A stretch of 64,000 nucleotides of DNA, from sequence record SRR2962707_781. One strand, written 5' to 3'. Position 1 is the first letter of the stretch. Each line of letters begins with the position of its first letter. Made by a program: the position numbers and the translations under genes. This document shows, one piece after another, positions 46,167-56,138 of the stretch. The notes under the pieces were generated by a model. It worked only from the letters and a program-made list of their open reading frames with translations. It was not told where the DNA came from and ran no database searches.

Positions 46167-48806
46167 TCATTCCTGTCTCAAACTTTCAACCGGATTTGTC
46201 AGTGAAGCTTTAATGGTTTGAAAGCTAATGGCCAGCCCTCCTATCACCACAACTGCAAGGGTAGCCAGAATAAAACTCGTTGGATTTATGGACGTACGCT
46301 CTGCAAAATTTTGTAGCCAGTAATCAGTAGCAAAATAGGCAACAGGCCAGGATATCAAAGTACCAATAAGTGTGGTACGTACCATACTGTTGGAAAGCAA
46401 CCAGACAAGTGTTGCTGTATTTGCTCCCAGTACTTTCCGAATACCTACCTCTTTCCTTCGGGAGGAGATATTGAACGATATAAGTCCCACCAATCCCAGA
46501 CATGCAATGAGAATAGAGAGAGAAGCAAAAACCAGAAAAATCTGTGCAGTTGCTGTTTCGTTTTGGTAAAGCTTTTCGTATTCCTCATCGAAGAAAAAAT
46601 ACTGAAACGGATGATCATTGGTATAGCCAGCCCAAAGCTCATCGATCTGCTCAATGGTTTTCCTTACGTCCTGATCACTCGTCAATCGTACGCTAATATA
46701 TTGGGGCACATCATCAGTGAGTAGTTCTAAAGATATTGGTAAAATCGGCTGATGAAGTGATTCTACGTGATAGTCTTTTACCACACCAATGATGGTCACC
46801 AATTCATCCATGTGCCAGGGAGAAAGTAGTTTTTGACCGATCGGGTCTTCAAATCCCAATGCCTGAGCTGCAGTTTCATTGATTACAACTGCGTGAACAT
46901 CTGACACTCTATGCTCATTCGTAAAAAAACGCCCCGCAATTAATTCAATGTCCATCACTTGTTGATAGTCTGTATCAACCAGATTATTCGGAAACAAATA
47001 CGTTTCTGATTTATCCAAAGGGCGATATGATCGAATATCATACCCTTTTCCCGGTAAAGTTTTGGTATGGGCTACTTCCTGAATGTTGGAGAGTAATCGT
47101 AATTCATTCTCAAACGTCTCCAGGTTATCCTGAAGCGCATCCGGGCGCTTGATCACCAGAACCTGATCTTTATCAAAACCAAGGTTTTTGGTAAGCATAT
47201 AATCGATCTGATTGTACACCACCAGTGTGACAATGATAATTACAATGGAGGCAGCAAACTGCAAAACAACCAACCCATTCCTAAGCCAACCCGAAGTGCC
47301 TATTGGCGATAATGCATTCTTCATCGCCCAAATGGGATGAAACCTGGAAAGTACAAATGCCGGATAGACACCTGATAATACGCCAACAAGCATAGCAAAG
47401 AGTATCAGTATAATCGGACCCCAGAGGCTGGAAAGCAGGTTAAATGCCAACTGCTTTTGTAATACCCACTCAAAGGATGGCTGCAGCATGTATGACAAAA
47501 ATCCGGCAAAAATCCCGGCTGTAGTGGCTAAAAGTACTGATTCAAAGATGAACTGTTTCACAAGAAGTGACCAGCTTGAACCCATCACCTTACGGATGCC
47601 AACTTCTCTTGCTCGTGTAGCCGACTGAGCTGTGGCCATGTTGACATAATTGAAGATGGCGATGAAAAGAATAATGAATCCAATGACAGCATAAATGTAT
47701 ATGTAAGAGAGGTTACCAACCGGTGTGAGCTCCTTCGCAAAATCAGATTTAAGATGAATGTCCTTCATAGCCATTAGTTCATACCCTACCCAGTTCCCGG
47801 AAGCTTCCCACTCGCTAATCGATTGTCCGGTGTAGTATTCAATCTGTGGTGCCATGTGTTTGTAAAAGATGTCACGCATCTCGTCTTCCAACGCTTTTGG
47901 ACTTGTCTCTTCGCTCAGCAATAAATAGGTGTGGGCGCCATTTCCAATCCAGTTATTTCCTTTGTCTATGTTTGGAAGTGAACTAAGGGAGGCCAGCATA
48001 TCAAACTGAATGTGTGAATTGGCAGGAGGATCTGCTACTATCCCGGTAATCAAATAGGTTGAGGAATCCGTATCAACCCGTATTTGCTTTCCGACGGCTG
48101 GTTCATCGCCAAAGAATTTTTTAGCATATGATGTAGTTATTACAAGTGATCGAGGATGTTTGAACACCTCATTCGCTTTACCATCGATCAATTCGAAATC
48201 GAAAAGATCAAAAAAAGTAGGATCCACATAGCATAGGCCATCTTCTATGAATTTTCGATCACCTTCTTCTATCAAGACTGAGTTACTCTGAACGATCCTG
48301 ACCGCATTTTTAATCGCTGCATAATCATTCTTTGCGACTGCCGCCAGCGGAGCACTCGACGGTGCTTCCCTATTCTGTTTGCCATTAATCACCGCAACAT
48401 TGCTGACTCGATAGATTTGTTCATACTTTGAATGAAACCGATCGTAGCTGAGTTCATTGATAATGTAGAAGGCAATGAGTACAAAACTGATTAGTCCAAT
48501 AGTCAGTCCTGTAAGGTTCGTCAAAAAGTAGCGCTTGTTCCGCGCAAAGTTTCTGACTGAAGTAAAGTAGAAATTTTTAAACATAGCAATATTTGAGTTT
48601 GACTTTGATTGTTTGAGTGCAAATGGACGTACCGCACTGAGTACATCCAGGAAATAATGTAATGAGGCTTTGAAACGGCCGTTGCGTTTTAGCCGAAGCT
48701 GGTAAAGTTCTTCCAGATCACCCTGTAAGAATTCTAATACCTGCTCTGAGCAAAACCACTGCAGGATTCTTTGAGCAATTTTGGGTGGATTGGGTTGCGT
48801 GCTCAT
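46167..48806 (-). CDS. Duplicated MacB/FtsX-type ABC permease with N-terminal permease-prefix domain
   Basis: PPK.A.R.L.WF...GDL.E prefix, ELSYDRFH, RAREVGIRKVMG, LVVLQF, KEVGIRKVLGA, NPVESLRQE. Confidence 0.9.
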   Translation of the reverse strand: MSTQPNPPKIAQRILQWFCSEQVLEFLQGDLEELYQLRLKRNGRFKASLHYFLDVLSAVRPFALKQSKSNSNIAMFKNFYFTSVRNFARNKRYFLTNLTGLTIGLISFVLIAFYIINELSYDRFHSKYEQIYRVSNVAVINGKQNREAPSSAPLAAVAKNDYAAIKNAVRIVQSNSVLIEEGDRKFIEDGLCYVDPTFFDLFDFELIDGKANEVFKHPRSLVITTSYAKKFFGDEPAVGKQIRVDTDSSTYLITGIVADPPANSHIQFDMLASLSSLPNIDKGNNWIGNGAHTYLLLSEETSPKALEDEMRDIFYKHMAPQIEYYTGQSISEWEASGNWVGYELMAMKDIHLKSDFAKELTPVGNLSYIYIYAVIGFIILFIAIFNYVNMATAQSATRAREVGIRKVMGSSWSLLVKQFIFESVLLATTAGIFAGFLSYMLQPSFEWVLQKQLAFNLLSSLWGPIILILFAMLVGVLSGVYPAFVLSRFHPIWAMKNALSPIGTSGWLRNGLVVLQFAASIVIIIVTLVVYNQIDYMLTKNLGFDKDQVLVIKRPDALQDNLETFENELRLLSNIQEVAHTKTLPGKGYDIRSYRPLDKSETYLFPNNLVDTDYQQVMDIELIAGRFFTNEHRVSDVHAVVINETAAQALGFEDPIGQKLLSPWHMDELVTIIGVVKDYHVESLHQPILPISLELLTDDVPQYISVRLTSDQDVRKTIEQIDELWAGYTNDHPFQYFFFDEEYEKLYQNETATAQIFLVFASLSILIACLGLVGLISFNISSRRKEVGIRKVLGANTATLVWLLSNSMVRTTLIGTLISWPVAYFATDYWLQNFAERTSINPTSFILATLAVVVIGGLAISFQTIKASLTNPVESLRQE

Positions 48807-49129
48807 GAGCTTGGTTTCAGATTTAGTCCCGGCACCTCTCTGGAGAATGCCATCCTTAGCTCATTTGCTTCCTCCAACACTTTGATACCGTGAGCAGTGA
48901 GGCGGTAGTATTTCTTGCGCCTTCCACCTCGCTCGCTGGTGGCCCCTCCTTCCGAGGCTTCCAGGTAGCCTTTTTCGTCAAGGCGATACAGTGCTGAATG
49001 CAACGCTCCAATGCTTGGGTTTTTCTTGGTTTTATCCTTCAGCATTTCCTTGATGGTGACGCCATAGGCTTCATCTCCCAATGCACCTACTGCTAATAAT
49101 ACCAATTCTTCAAAAGCTCCAAGTTTCAT
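48803..49129 (-). CDS. PadR-family regulator
   Basis: LGAFEELVLL, AYGVTI, L.RL..KG, RGGRRKKYY.LT..G. Confidence 0.92.
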   Translation of the reverse strand: MKLGAFEELVLLAVGALGDEAYGVTIKEMLKDKTKKNPSIGALHSALYRLDEKGYLEASEGGATSERGGRRKKYYRLTAHGIKVLEEANELRMAFSREVPGLNLKPSS

Positions 49130-49137
49130 TTTTGTCC

Positions 49138-49198
49138 TATTTATTTCCTATTTACAAAACAAATATATACTTATTTATTTCCTATTTGCAAATCAAAT
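49138..49198. promoter_or_regulatory. 27-bp direct repeat pair, candidate PadR operator
   Basis: TATTTATTTCCTATTT(A/G)CAAA(A/T)CAAAT at 49138-49164 and 49172-49198 (25/27 identical). Confidence 0.6.
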
Positions 49199-49272
49199 TA
49201 AAATATCTTCATGGATTTGAGAATTTATTCGCTAATCAACTGATAATGATCTCCTTTAATCATCTTTGCAAC

Positions 49273-50637
49273 ATGTCTCACATCAATGACACGATTACTG
49301 CGTTAGCAACCCCTCCCGGCCAGGGAGCCATTGGAATTATCCGCATTTCCGGATCTCATACTATTCCAATTGTGAATGAGTTGTTTCGTGGCAAGGACCT
49401 GACAAAAGTCGATTCTCATACCATCCACCTCGGCACTATCCGGGATGATAAGAACACCATCATTGATGAGGTCTTGGTATCTATTTTCAAAGGTCCCCAC
49501 TCCTACACCAAAGAAGATGTGATTGAGATCTCCAGCCATGGATCACAATACATTCTACAGAAGATTTTAAACCTGCTAGTGAGTAAAGGTGCTCGGCTTG
49601 CTAAGCCGGGAGAGTTTACACAAAAAGCCTTCCTGAACGGTCGCTTTGACTTGGCGCAAGCCGAAGCGGTGGCGGACCTGATAGCCTCAGAAAATGCCAG
49701 TATGCAGCAGACAGCTATGAAACAAATGCGGGGTGGCTTCAGTGATGAAATCAAAAATCTGCGTGAACAGCTGGTACACTTCGCCTCCATGATTGAGCTG
49801 GAGCTAGACTTTGCGGAAGAAGATGTGGAGTTTGCTGACCGGCAGGGATTGATTGACCTGATCAACAAAATCCAAACACTAATTCAATCACTCATTGCGA
49901 GCTTTGAATATGGAAACGCAATTAAAAATGGTATTCCTACGGTCATTGCAGGTAAGCCAAACGCCGGCAAGTCTACCCTACTTAATGCACTTTTAAACGA
50001 GGAGAAAGCCATTGTCTCTGATGTGGCAGGCACGACCAGAGACTTTATTGAGGATCAGATTTACATTGATGGGATTGCGTTTCGTTTCATTGATACCGCA
50101 GGTATACGGGAAACGGAAGATCAGGTGGAAAGCATTGGCGTAAAGCGGACACTAGAAAAAATGAAACAAGCCAGCATGGTGATCTATATGATCGATTTGG
50201 CGAATGATACGGTCCATGATATTCAGGAGCAGATCAAAGGGCTGAAGGAATCTGATGTGCCTTATCTGGTGGTGGGTAATAAGGAGGATGAAGCGAAAGC
50301 TGAATTGAAAGCGGCTATTAAAGATGAATCTCCGGTGTTGATCTCAGCGAAAAGCAAAACCCATCTGGACGAATTGAAGAACCGGTTAAAAGCATTCGTA
50401 CAGGAAACTAAAAGCTCCAGCGATGTAATTGTAACCAATGCCCGACACTTGCAAAGCCTGCAGCAAACGGATGATGCCCTCAATCGAGTCATTGAAGGGA
50501 TAAACATGCAGATGAGCAATGACCTGGTTGCCCAGGACATCCGCCAGGCACTGTTCCACTTAGGTGAAATAACCGGAGAAGTAACCACCGATGACCTGTT
50601 GGAGAATATCTTTAGCAAGTTTTGTATCGGAAAGTAA
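49273..50637 (+). CDS. mnmE: tRNA uridine-34 modification GTPase MnmE (TrmE)
   Basis: DTITALATP, PGEFT..AFLNG, GKPNAGKS, GTTRD, DTAG, NKED, C-terminal IFSKFCIGK; start ATG 49273. Confidence 0.97.
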   Translation: MSHINDTITALATPPGQGAIGIIRISGSHTIPIVNELFRGKDLTKVDSHTIHLGTIRDDKNTIIDEVLVSIFKGPHSYTKEDVIEISSHGSQYILQKILNLLVSKGARLAKPGEFTQKAFLNGRFDLAQAEAVADLIASENASMQQTAMKQMRGGFSDEIKNLREQLVHFASMIELELDFAEEDVEFADRQGLIDLINKIQTLIQSLIASFEYGNAIKNGIPTVIAGKPNAGKSTLLNALLNEEKAIVSDVAGTTRDFIEDQIYIDGIAFRFIDTAGIRETEDQVESIGVKRTLEKMKQASMVIYMIDLANDTVHDIQEQIKGLKESDVPYLVVGNKEDEAKAELKAAIKDESPVLISAKSKTHLDELKNRLKAFVQETKSSSDVIVTNARHLQSLQQTDDALNRVIEGINMQMSNDLVAQDIRQALFHLGEITGEVTTDDLLENIFSKFCIGK

Positions 50638-50743
50638 CTTCCCAAACCACCACAAACTACCAACAAAGAAACCTTAAATACTAGCTATAACGCTATTTAT
50701 TGATGTTTTTAGGTTCTTTTTAATTCGCATTTTCTAGTGATTT

Positions 50744-50802
50744 TTTGACCTCTTTTGTACCTTATTTGTACCTAATTGTTTATCTTTATATAAGGTACAA
50801 AA
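50744..50802. repeat. Candidate integrase arm-type sites (TTTGTACCT direct and inverted copies)
   Basis: TTTG-ACCT 50744, TTTGTACCT 50754 and 50765 (11-bp period); inverted TAAGGTACAAAA 50791-50802 is a perfect complement of 50753-50764. Confidence 0.65.
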
Positions 50803-50815
50803 ATGGAGAGATCAT

Positions 50816-50852
50816 GTTACATACTGATACATTAAGTTACATCTAGATACTC
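50816..50852. repeat. Four phased G(T/A)TAC repeats, candidate excisionase-binding array
   Basis: GTTAC 50816, GATAC 50826, GTTAC 50836, GATAC 50846; exact 10-bp period upstream of the xis-like gene. Confidence 0.65.
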
Positions 50853-50882
50853 TCCCATCTTTCAGTATAAAGAGAGACAACT

Positions 50883-51242
50883 GTGAGTTCAAATATCAGA
50901 ATACAGCGAATTTGCCAACACTGTGGTACAGAGTTTACCGCTAAAACCACCGTAACAAAGTACTGTGGCGACAATTGTGCTAAGCGTGCTTATAAAAAGC
51001 GCAAGAAGGAAGAAAAGATTGGCCAATCCAATCAGGAGACACTTGCGGTCAAAGCAGCACCTATAAAGGCGATTCAGGAGCAAGACTTCCTAGATATCCA
51101 GGAAACCTGTGAGCTCATTGGCATCAGCCGAATGACTTTATACAGAATGATTAAGGATGGTCGTATCAAAGCAACCAAGATTGGAAGACGTACCATCATC
51201 GCCAGGAAAAACATTGATCACCTATTCAGCATAGAATCATGA
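50883..51242 (+). CDS. Excisionase-like HTH protein with N-terminal Cys4 zinc finger
   Basis: CQHC...YCGDNC followed by [26 protein letters not shown]...KIGRR (HTH_17-like); overlaps the integrase start. Confidence 0.88.
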   Translation: MSSNIRIQRICQHCGTEFTAKTTVTKYCGDNCAKRAYKKRKKEEKIGQSNQETLAVKAAPIKAIQEQDFLDIQETCELIGISRMTLYRMIKDGRIKATKIGRRTIIARKNIDHLFSIES

Positions 51243-52387
51243 AAGTAACGCTACGTCAAAAGAAAATCTCAAAAGGAAGACTCAGTCTATACCTCGACTT
51301 CTACCCTCCTCTTGTAGATCCGGAAACGAAGAAGTCAACCCGGAGAGAGTTTCTCAAGCTCTACCTTTATGAGAAGCCCAAAGAAGTATTTGAGAAGCAA
51401 CACAACAAGGAAACCAAACTCCAAGCACAAAGCATTTGTTCAGCCAGGCAACTGGACATACAAGCCAGTAGGTTTGATTTCATTTTCAAAAAGTCCAAGC
51501 AGATTGATTTTCTCCACTTTTTCAAGAAGCTTGCTAACTCCAAATGGGACAGTGACGGAAATCATGGTAACTGGATGAGTGCTTATAAGTACCTGGTAAA
51601 GTTCACCCATGGTCAATGTAGCACGGAAGATATAAATAAAGACTTCTGTGAAGATTTTAAGGAGTTCCTTAAAACAACTCATTCACTGAAAAGTAAGACC
51701 AGAAAACTCTCTCAAAACAGCCAGTCCTCCTATTTCAGCAAGTTTTCGGTGGCCATCGAGGAGGCATTTAAGAAAGAATACCTGGAAGAAAATTATATGC
51801 TCAAAATTGATCGAATCAAGCAGAAGGAAACTGTTAGAGAGTTCCTTACGCTGGAAGAGCTCAAAGCCCTCTTCAATACAGAGTGCGAATCACCAGAGCT
51901 AAAGAAAGCTGCTATTTTCTCAGCCCTCACTGGTTTACGCTGGAGTGATCTAATCAACCTTACCTGGAAAGAGATCCAATACTCAGAAATCAATGGTTAC
52001 TTCATACGTTTCATTCACGAAAAGACTGACCGGCCCCAAACTCATAATATTCCGGAGCAAGCAGTTACAATACTTGGCTATCCCAAAGCTCCAGATCAAA
52101 AGATATTTGAAGGCTTAAAGTATTCTGCTTGGACCAATCTTAAATTATCCGAATGGGTAATGCGAGCAGGCATCACCAAGAAAATAACCTTCCATTGTTT
52201 TCGTCATACATACGCTACTTTACAGCTCTCTCTAGGAACGGACATATATACTGTATCAAAGTTACTTAACCATAAAACAGTAAAGACTACACAGATTTAC
52301 GCCAAGGTGATTGATCAAAGAAGAAAAGAAGCTGCCGAGAGAATTCCTGATTTAGGTCTTAAGCCTGAAGGGATGAAGATAGCTTAG
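51239..52387 (+). CDS. Site-specific tyrosine integrase (Bacteroidota type with N-terminal arm-binding domain)
   Basis: SLYLDFYP...RREFL arm domain; catalytic [25 protein letters not shown]. Confidence 0.95.
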   Translation: MKVTLRQKKISKGRLSLYLDFYPPLVDPETKKSTRREFLKLYLYEKPKEVFEKQHNKETKLQAQSICSARQLDIQASRFDFIFKKSKQIDFLHFFKKLANSKWDSDGNHGNWMSAYKYLVKFTHGQCSTEDINKDFCEDFKEFLKTTHSLKSKTRKLSQNSQSSYFSKFSVAIEEAFKKEYLEENYMLKIDRIKQKETVREFLTLEELKALFNTECESPELKKAAIFSALTGLRWSDLINLTWKEIQYSEINGYFIRFIHEKTDRPQTHNIPEQAVTILGYPKAPDQKIFEGLKYSAWTNLKLSEWVMRAGITKKITFHCFRHTYATLQLSLGTDIYTVSKLLNHKTVKTTQIYAKVIDQRRKEAAERIPDLGLKPEGMKIA

Positions 52388-52479
52388 TGTAATTCAAAAG
52401 CCTCGTATATACAATAAAGACCCCTAAACTATAGGCAGAGTATTTAACACATGGCACATTAGCATTATAAGTAGAGGAC

Positions 52480-52545
52480 ATGCACTTAATGAACCCCAAG
52501 TGCACCTTCTGCAATGAATATCATCCTTTGATCAGGTATTGAGTA
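52480..52545 (+). promoter_or_regulatory. Cargo promoter 1: TGCAC-N15-TGCAC-N32-ATTGAGTA, candidate LytTR-activated
   Basis: TGCACTT 52481, TGCACCT 52501, ATTGAGTA 52538; same spacing as the copy at 56140-56204. Confidence 0.65.
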
Positions 52546-52565
52546 TCTATCTGCTAAAAAAGCAC

Positions 52566-53090
52566 ATGAGATCACTATTATCATTCGTCCTTATTGGGCT
52601 CACATCACTTCTTTCATTCTCACAGGAAAAAGAATCTGCGATAAACGATTTTGACTTCTATATTGGAAAATGGAAGGTTCAAAATGAAAGAGAAATGGAC
52701 GATGGAACCTGGAAGAAATTTACGGCAACTGTAGAAGTAAGGAAAACTTTGAATGGTTATGGTAATGTTGACTTTTTTGAATCTGTAATTGATGGCAAAT
52801 CTTTCAAAGGAATGACGGTTCGCCAATTTGATGAAGAAAAAAATGAGTGGCAAATAAGGTGGTATGACTCGGACGATCCAACCGCGCAACCCGATCCATC
52901 TATAGGAAAGTTTGAAAATGGTGCTGGAACATTTTTGAAAAAGTTTAAAACCCAAAGTGGGCATGAAGTAACCGTTCGATTCTATTGGTACGATATCACA
53001 GAGGATTCATTTAAATGGGAGTCCGGATGGTCAGTTGATGGAATCAACTGGACTCCAACATGGAAAATGAAATTTGAACGAATTAATTAA
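52566..53090 (+). CDS. Exported DUF1579-like beta-rich protein
   Basis: Signal peptide from ATG 52566; DFDFYIGKW.V, R.FD....W...W.D, F.WE...S.DG..W...W.M.F.R. Confidence 0.75.
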   Translation: MRSLLSFVLIGLTSLLSFSQEKESAINDFDFYIGKWKVQNEREMDDGTWKKFTATVEVRKTLNGYGNVDFFESVIDGKSFKGMTVRQFDEEKNEWQIRWYDSDDPTAQPDPSIGKFENGAGTFLKKFKTQSGHEVTVRFYWYDITEDSFKWESGWSVDGINWTPTWKMKFERIN

Positions 53091-53105
53091 CAAATTAAGA
53101 TTATT

Positions 53106-53738
53106 ATGAAGTACTTAAGATTAAAACTTAAAAAATCTGGATATGGAATTATAATTCCAATTTTAGCATGTTTTCTTCTTGCATTTAATACAGTTGAAGA
53201 AAGTGTAAAAACTGTTTCAGGGAAGGTAACAGGAGTTGAAGGTAAAAGTCTTCCGGGAATTGCTATTTCAGGTAATGAAGGTGAAACAGTTTATACTGAT
53301 TTACAAGGTAACTACTCAATTGTAGTAAGTAATGATACTAAGTCATTATCTTTTTCCTTCCCAGGATATAGAACCGCTATCGCTACAATCCCAATTGACG
53401 GAAGTCTGAGTTTGATCCTAAAAAAGGATAAACGATTTGATGGTAAATCCCCAGATGAATCGACAGATATTGATCGCAAAACAGGCTTTTTCCCTTCCCA
53501 AAAAATAGTGGAAGAAAATGGGAGGTTTTATCTTGAAGGCTTTGTGCTTAACAAAGAAAATGAGCCTTATACTGGAGTAGGCGTTTATATCCTTAATGCT
53601 CTTAATGAAAAAATAAAAACAAAAACTAATGAAAAGGGTGAGTTCCGTATAGAGGTCAAATCAAGTACTGGTTATGTTGTTTATTCAATCCCGGATGAAA
53701 ATGGCATTTTAAGAAATGTTAATGGGAAGGTCTTCTGA
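53106..53738 (+). CDS. Exported protein with tandem carboxypeptidase-regulatory-like domains
   Basis: VSGKVT...LPG..I...TDLQGNYSI...LSFSFPGY and a second G.V.....P..GV.V...TNEKGEFRI. Confidence 0.75.
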   Translation: MKYLRLKLKKSGYGIIIPILACFLLAFNTVEESVKTVSGKVTGVEGKSLPGIAISGNEGETVYTDLQGNYSIVVSNDTKSLSFSFPGYRTAIATIPIDGSLSLILKKDKRFDGKSPDESTDIDRKTGFFPSQKIVEENGRFYLEGFVLNKENEPYTGVGVYILNALNEKIKTKTNEKGEFRIEVKSSTGYVVYSIPDENGILRNVNGKVF

Positions 53739-54915
53739 TAGAAACAGTTTGATAAAAACTTTTAAGGTTTACTGCGCTTCATTGATTCTAGTAACTACAT
53801 GTACTAGTCAATCTTTAATTAATCAAGGAAGTGTAGATACTAGAGGATTATCAAAGACCACAATACCAGTGGAAATCATCAATGATAAAATTGTTCTCAA
53901 TGTTCAAATTGATGGAATTGAATCAAGGTTCATATTAGATACTGGAGCTCCACTTCTAATAAGCAAGTCCCTTTACGACCAACTTTCAATTGAAACGCTA
54001 GCAATACTCCCCAATAGCGATGCTAATGCTAATGTTGATACCTCTCGGATAGTGAAAACCAATGAGATTAAGCTAGGAGGTTTCACATTCAATGACATTC
54101 CAGCAGTGGTACTCGATCTCGAAAATACGCCACTCAGATGTGATGGAATAGATGGATTTATTGGGAGTAACTTACTTAGACTACTTGTAATTGAATTCAA
54201 GATTGATAAGAAACTTGTAATTCTCTCAACATCACCCGAGAAGGGAATGTATTCAGATAGCATAACTCTATTCATGGACGCTCAAAATACTCCTCTTTTT
54301 AAGGTGAAGATCGGGAGCACCATAGATACTGTTATGTTCGACACTGGTGACAATTCCTTTTACACATCCAAATTGGAGTTCGTTGACAAAAACCTGGCTG
54401 ATTTTAACATCCTACTGAGTGGGAATGGATCTGAAGGACAAAGTGTTTTTGGAAAGGGTATCGAAAGTCCATCTTATCTTTTAAAAGAAAATCTTCAGAT
54501 AGGAACTACTCTGTTTGAAGAAACCAGGTTCTCCACAACTCCCGCTAACATCTCCAGAGTCGGCTTCAAGTTTTTGGAAAAAGCTCATGTCCTATTGGAT
54601 TACCCTTCTGAGAAACTGTTCTTTTCGCAACAAAATCATAAGGTAAGCACCTATAAAACCCATGGATTCTCCATTTACGAAGCAAATGGAGATGTTTTTA
54701 TTGGTAATGTTTGGAATTCAACACCTGCCTATAAGGCTGGATTACAGCCAGGTGACCAAATAATGAAAATAGATGATCTGTTACTAAAAGGAGATTTTTG
54801 TGATGTACAAGACAAGTTAGGGCAGCTTCTGGAAAAGTCAACTATTGAGCTCAACATCAAATCTAAGGGAAGTTCTGACATAAAGACCTTCACGCTCTAT
54901 CAGGTTTCATTATGA
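53716..54915 (+). CDS. Bilobed retropepsin-like aspartyl protease with C-terminal PDZ domain
   Basis: Two catalytic motifs FILDTGA and VMFDTGD, DGFIG; PDZ-type NSTPAYKAGLQPGDQIMKID. Confidence 0.88.
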   Translation: MLMGRSSDRNSLIKTFKVYCASLILVTTCTSQSLINQGSVDTRGLSKTTIPVEIINDKIVLNVQIDGIESRFILDTGAPLLISKSLYDQLSIETLAILPNSDANANVDTSRIVKTNEIKLGGFTFNDIPAVVLDLENTPLRCDGIDGFIGSNLLRLLVIEFKIDKKLVILSTSPEKGMYSDSITLFMDAQNTPLFKVKIGSTIDTVMFDTGDNSFYTSKLEFVDKNLADFNILLSGNGSEGQSVFGKGIESPSYLLKENLQIGTTLFEETRFSTTPANISRVGFKFLEKAHVLLDYPSEKLFFSQQNHKVSTYKTHGFSIYEANGDVFIGNVWNSTPAYKAGLQPGDQIMKIDDLLLKGDFCDVQDKLGQLLEKSTIELNIKSKGSSDIKTFTLYQVSL

Positions 54916-56102
54916 ACAACAAGAGGATTGCATGGCTAAGTATTGTCATTATTGCTAGTAGTTTGATTTTGAGTATTAGTACTTCAGGTCAAAAAATTGA
55001 ACTGATTAAGTACAATTCAATCCCTGAGCTGGATAGTGCCATCAGAGCTAATATGGAAAAGGATCGAATTCCTGGATTACAATTTTCATTTGGTTACCCA
55101 GATAATGAAGTCTCATGGCAATTTGGTGATGCAAATATTCAGGAAAACAGGAAAGTTGATGCTCAATCTAGATTTCCAGCCTTTTCGATTACCAAATTGT
55201 TCACCTCTACAGCAGTGCTACAATTTATTGAGCGTAAACAGATGAATCTTGATGATCCGGTAGCAAAGCACCTTCCATATTTTGATGAAGTTGTAAAAAA
55301 TAAATACGTGAAAGAAGTGACTATTCGTCATTTACTCACACACACTTCTGGCCTGAAAGATAAGGAATGGAGATCTGCAACTTGGTTTAGAACAGCCAAT
55401 GAAAAGATGCCTGAACCATCACCCTTTGCTAGAGAAAAGCTCGAGAAGTACCATAAGCTTAAAAGTGAGCCTGGAACCGAATACCACTATTCCAATTTAG
55501 CATTTGTAATTCTAGCCGAAATAGTCAGAAAGAAAACAGGCCTTTCAATTAACCAGTATGTTGAGAAACGGATTATTCAGCCATTGGATCTGCAGTACAC
55601 CTACTATGATTCTCCAGAATTACAATTGAATAATGTAGTTTATGGATATGAGAAGAAGGGCAGTTTTATGGCTCTTATTTACAAGTTAGTTGGCTCTGGA
55701 AGAAATGGTAAGGTAGAAAGAACAGAAAACCATTTAACTGTGCAGCCTCTTTACCCTCCTCACTACGGCTATGTTGGCATTCGAACAACAACTTCGGATT
55801 TGTTTCGATTTGCGCAATCCACTTGTACAGAAAATGACACAACCATCTTATCAAATAAATATTCCAAACTGGCTCTCACACAACAATTCAAAATAGATGA
55901 AAACAAAGGAATGGGTTTGGGCTGGCATATCAGAAAAGATTTCTTAGGAACATTTTACAGACACATTGGAGGAGGTCCTGGATTTGGAGGAGAGTTAAGG
56001 GTGTATGAAAATGGATTTTCCGTCTGCGTATTGGGAAATACAACTTTTCGTAAGTGGGATTATGCGAATTTGATTGTCTTTAATCATCATCTTTTTCAAT
56101 AA
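54912..56102 (+). CDS. Exported serine hydrolase, beta-lactamase class C / PBP-like family
   Basis: SxxK (FSITK), LLTHTSGL, YxN (YSN), HIGG; N-terminal hydrophobic signal or anchor. Confidence 0.88.
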   Translation: MNNKRIAWLSIVIIASSLILSISTSGQKIELIKYNSIPELDSAIRANMEKDRIPGLQFSFGYPDNEVSWQFGDANIQENRKVDAQSRFPAFSITKLFTSTAVLQFIERKQMNLDDPVAKHLPYFDEVVKNKYVKEVTIRHLLTHTSGLKDKEWRSATWFRTANEKMPEPSPFAREKLEKYHKLKSEPGTEYHYSNLAFVILAEIVRKKTGLSINQYVEKRIIQPLDLQYTYYDSPELQLNNVVYGYEKKGSFMALIYKLVGSGRNGKVERTENHLTVQPLYPPHYGYVGIRTTTSDLFRFAQSTCTENDTTILSNKYSKLALTQQFKIDENKGMGLGWHIRKDFLGTFYRHIGGGPGFGGELRVYENGFSVCVLGNTTFRKWDYANLIVFNHHLFQ

Positions 56103-56138
56103 CCAGATAATCATACAAGGGTCAGTTTACATGTTTTC

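Noticed and set aside
49081..49272. 64-aa N-terminal extension of MnmE in the ORF track (similar extensions on ORFs ending at 6916, 45802 and 46070)
   Set aside because: The extensions overlap neighbouring genes or operators and lack family features; downstream ATGs give canonical N-termini
54912..56102. Calling the serine hydrolase a true beta-lactamase resistance gene
   Set aside because: SxxK/YxN motifs are shared by esterases and peptidases of this family; substrate cannot be inferred from sequence
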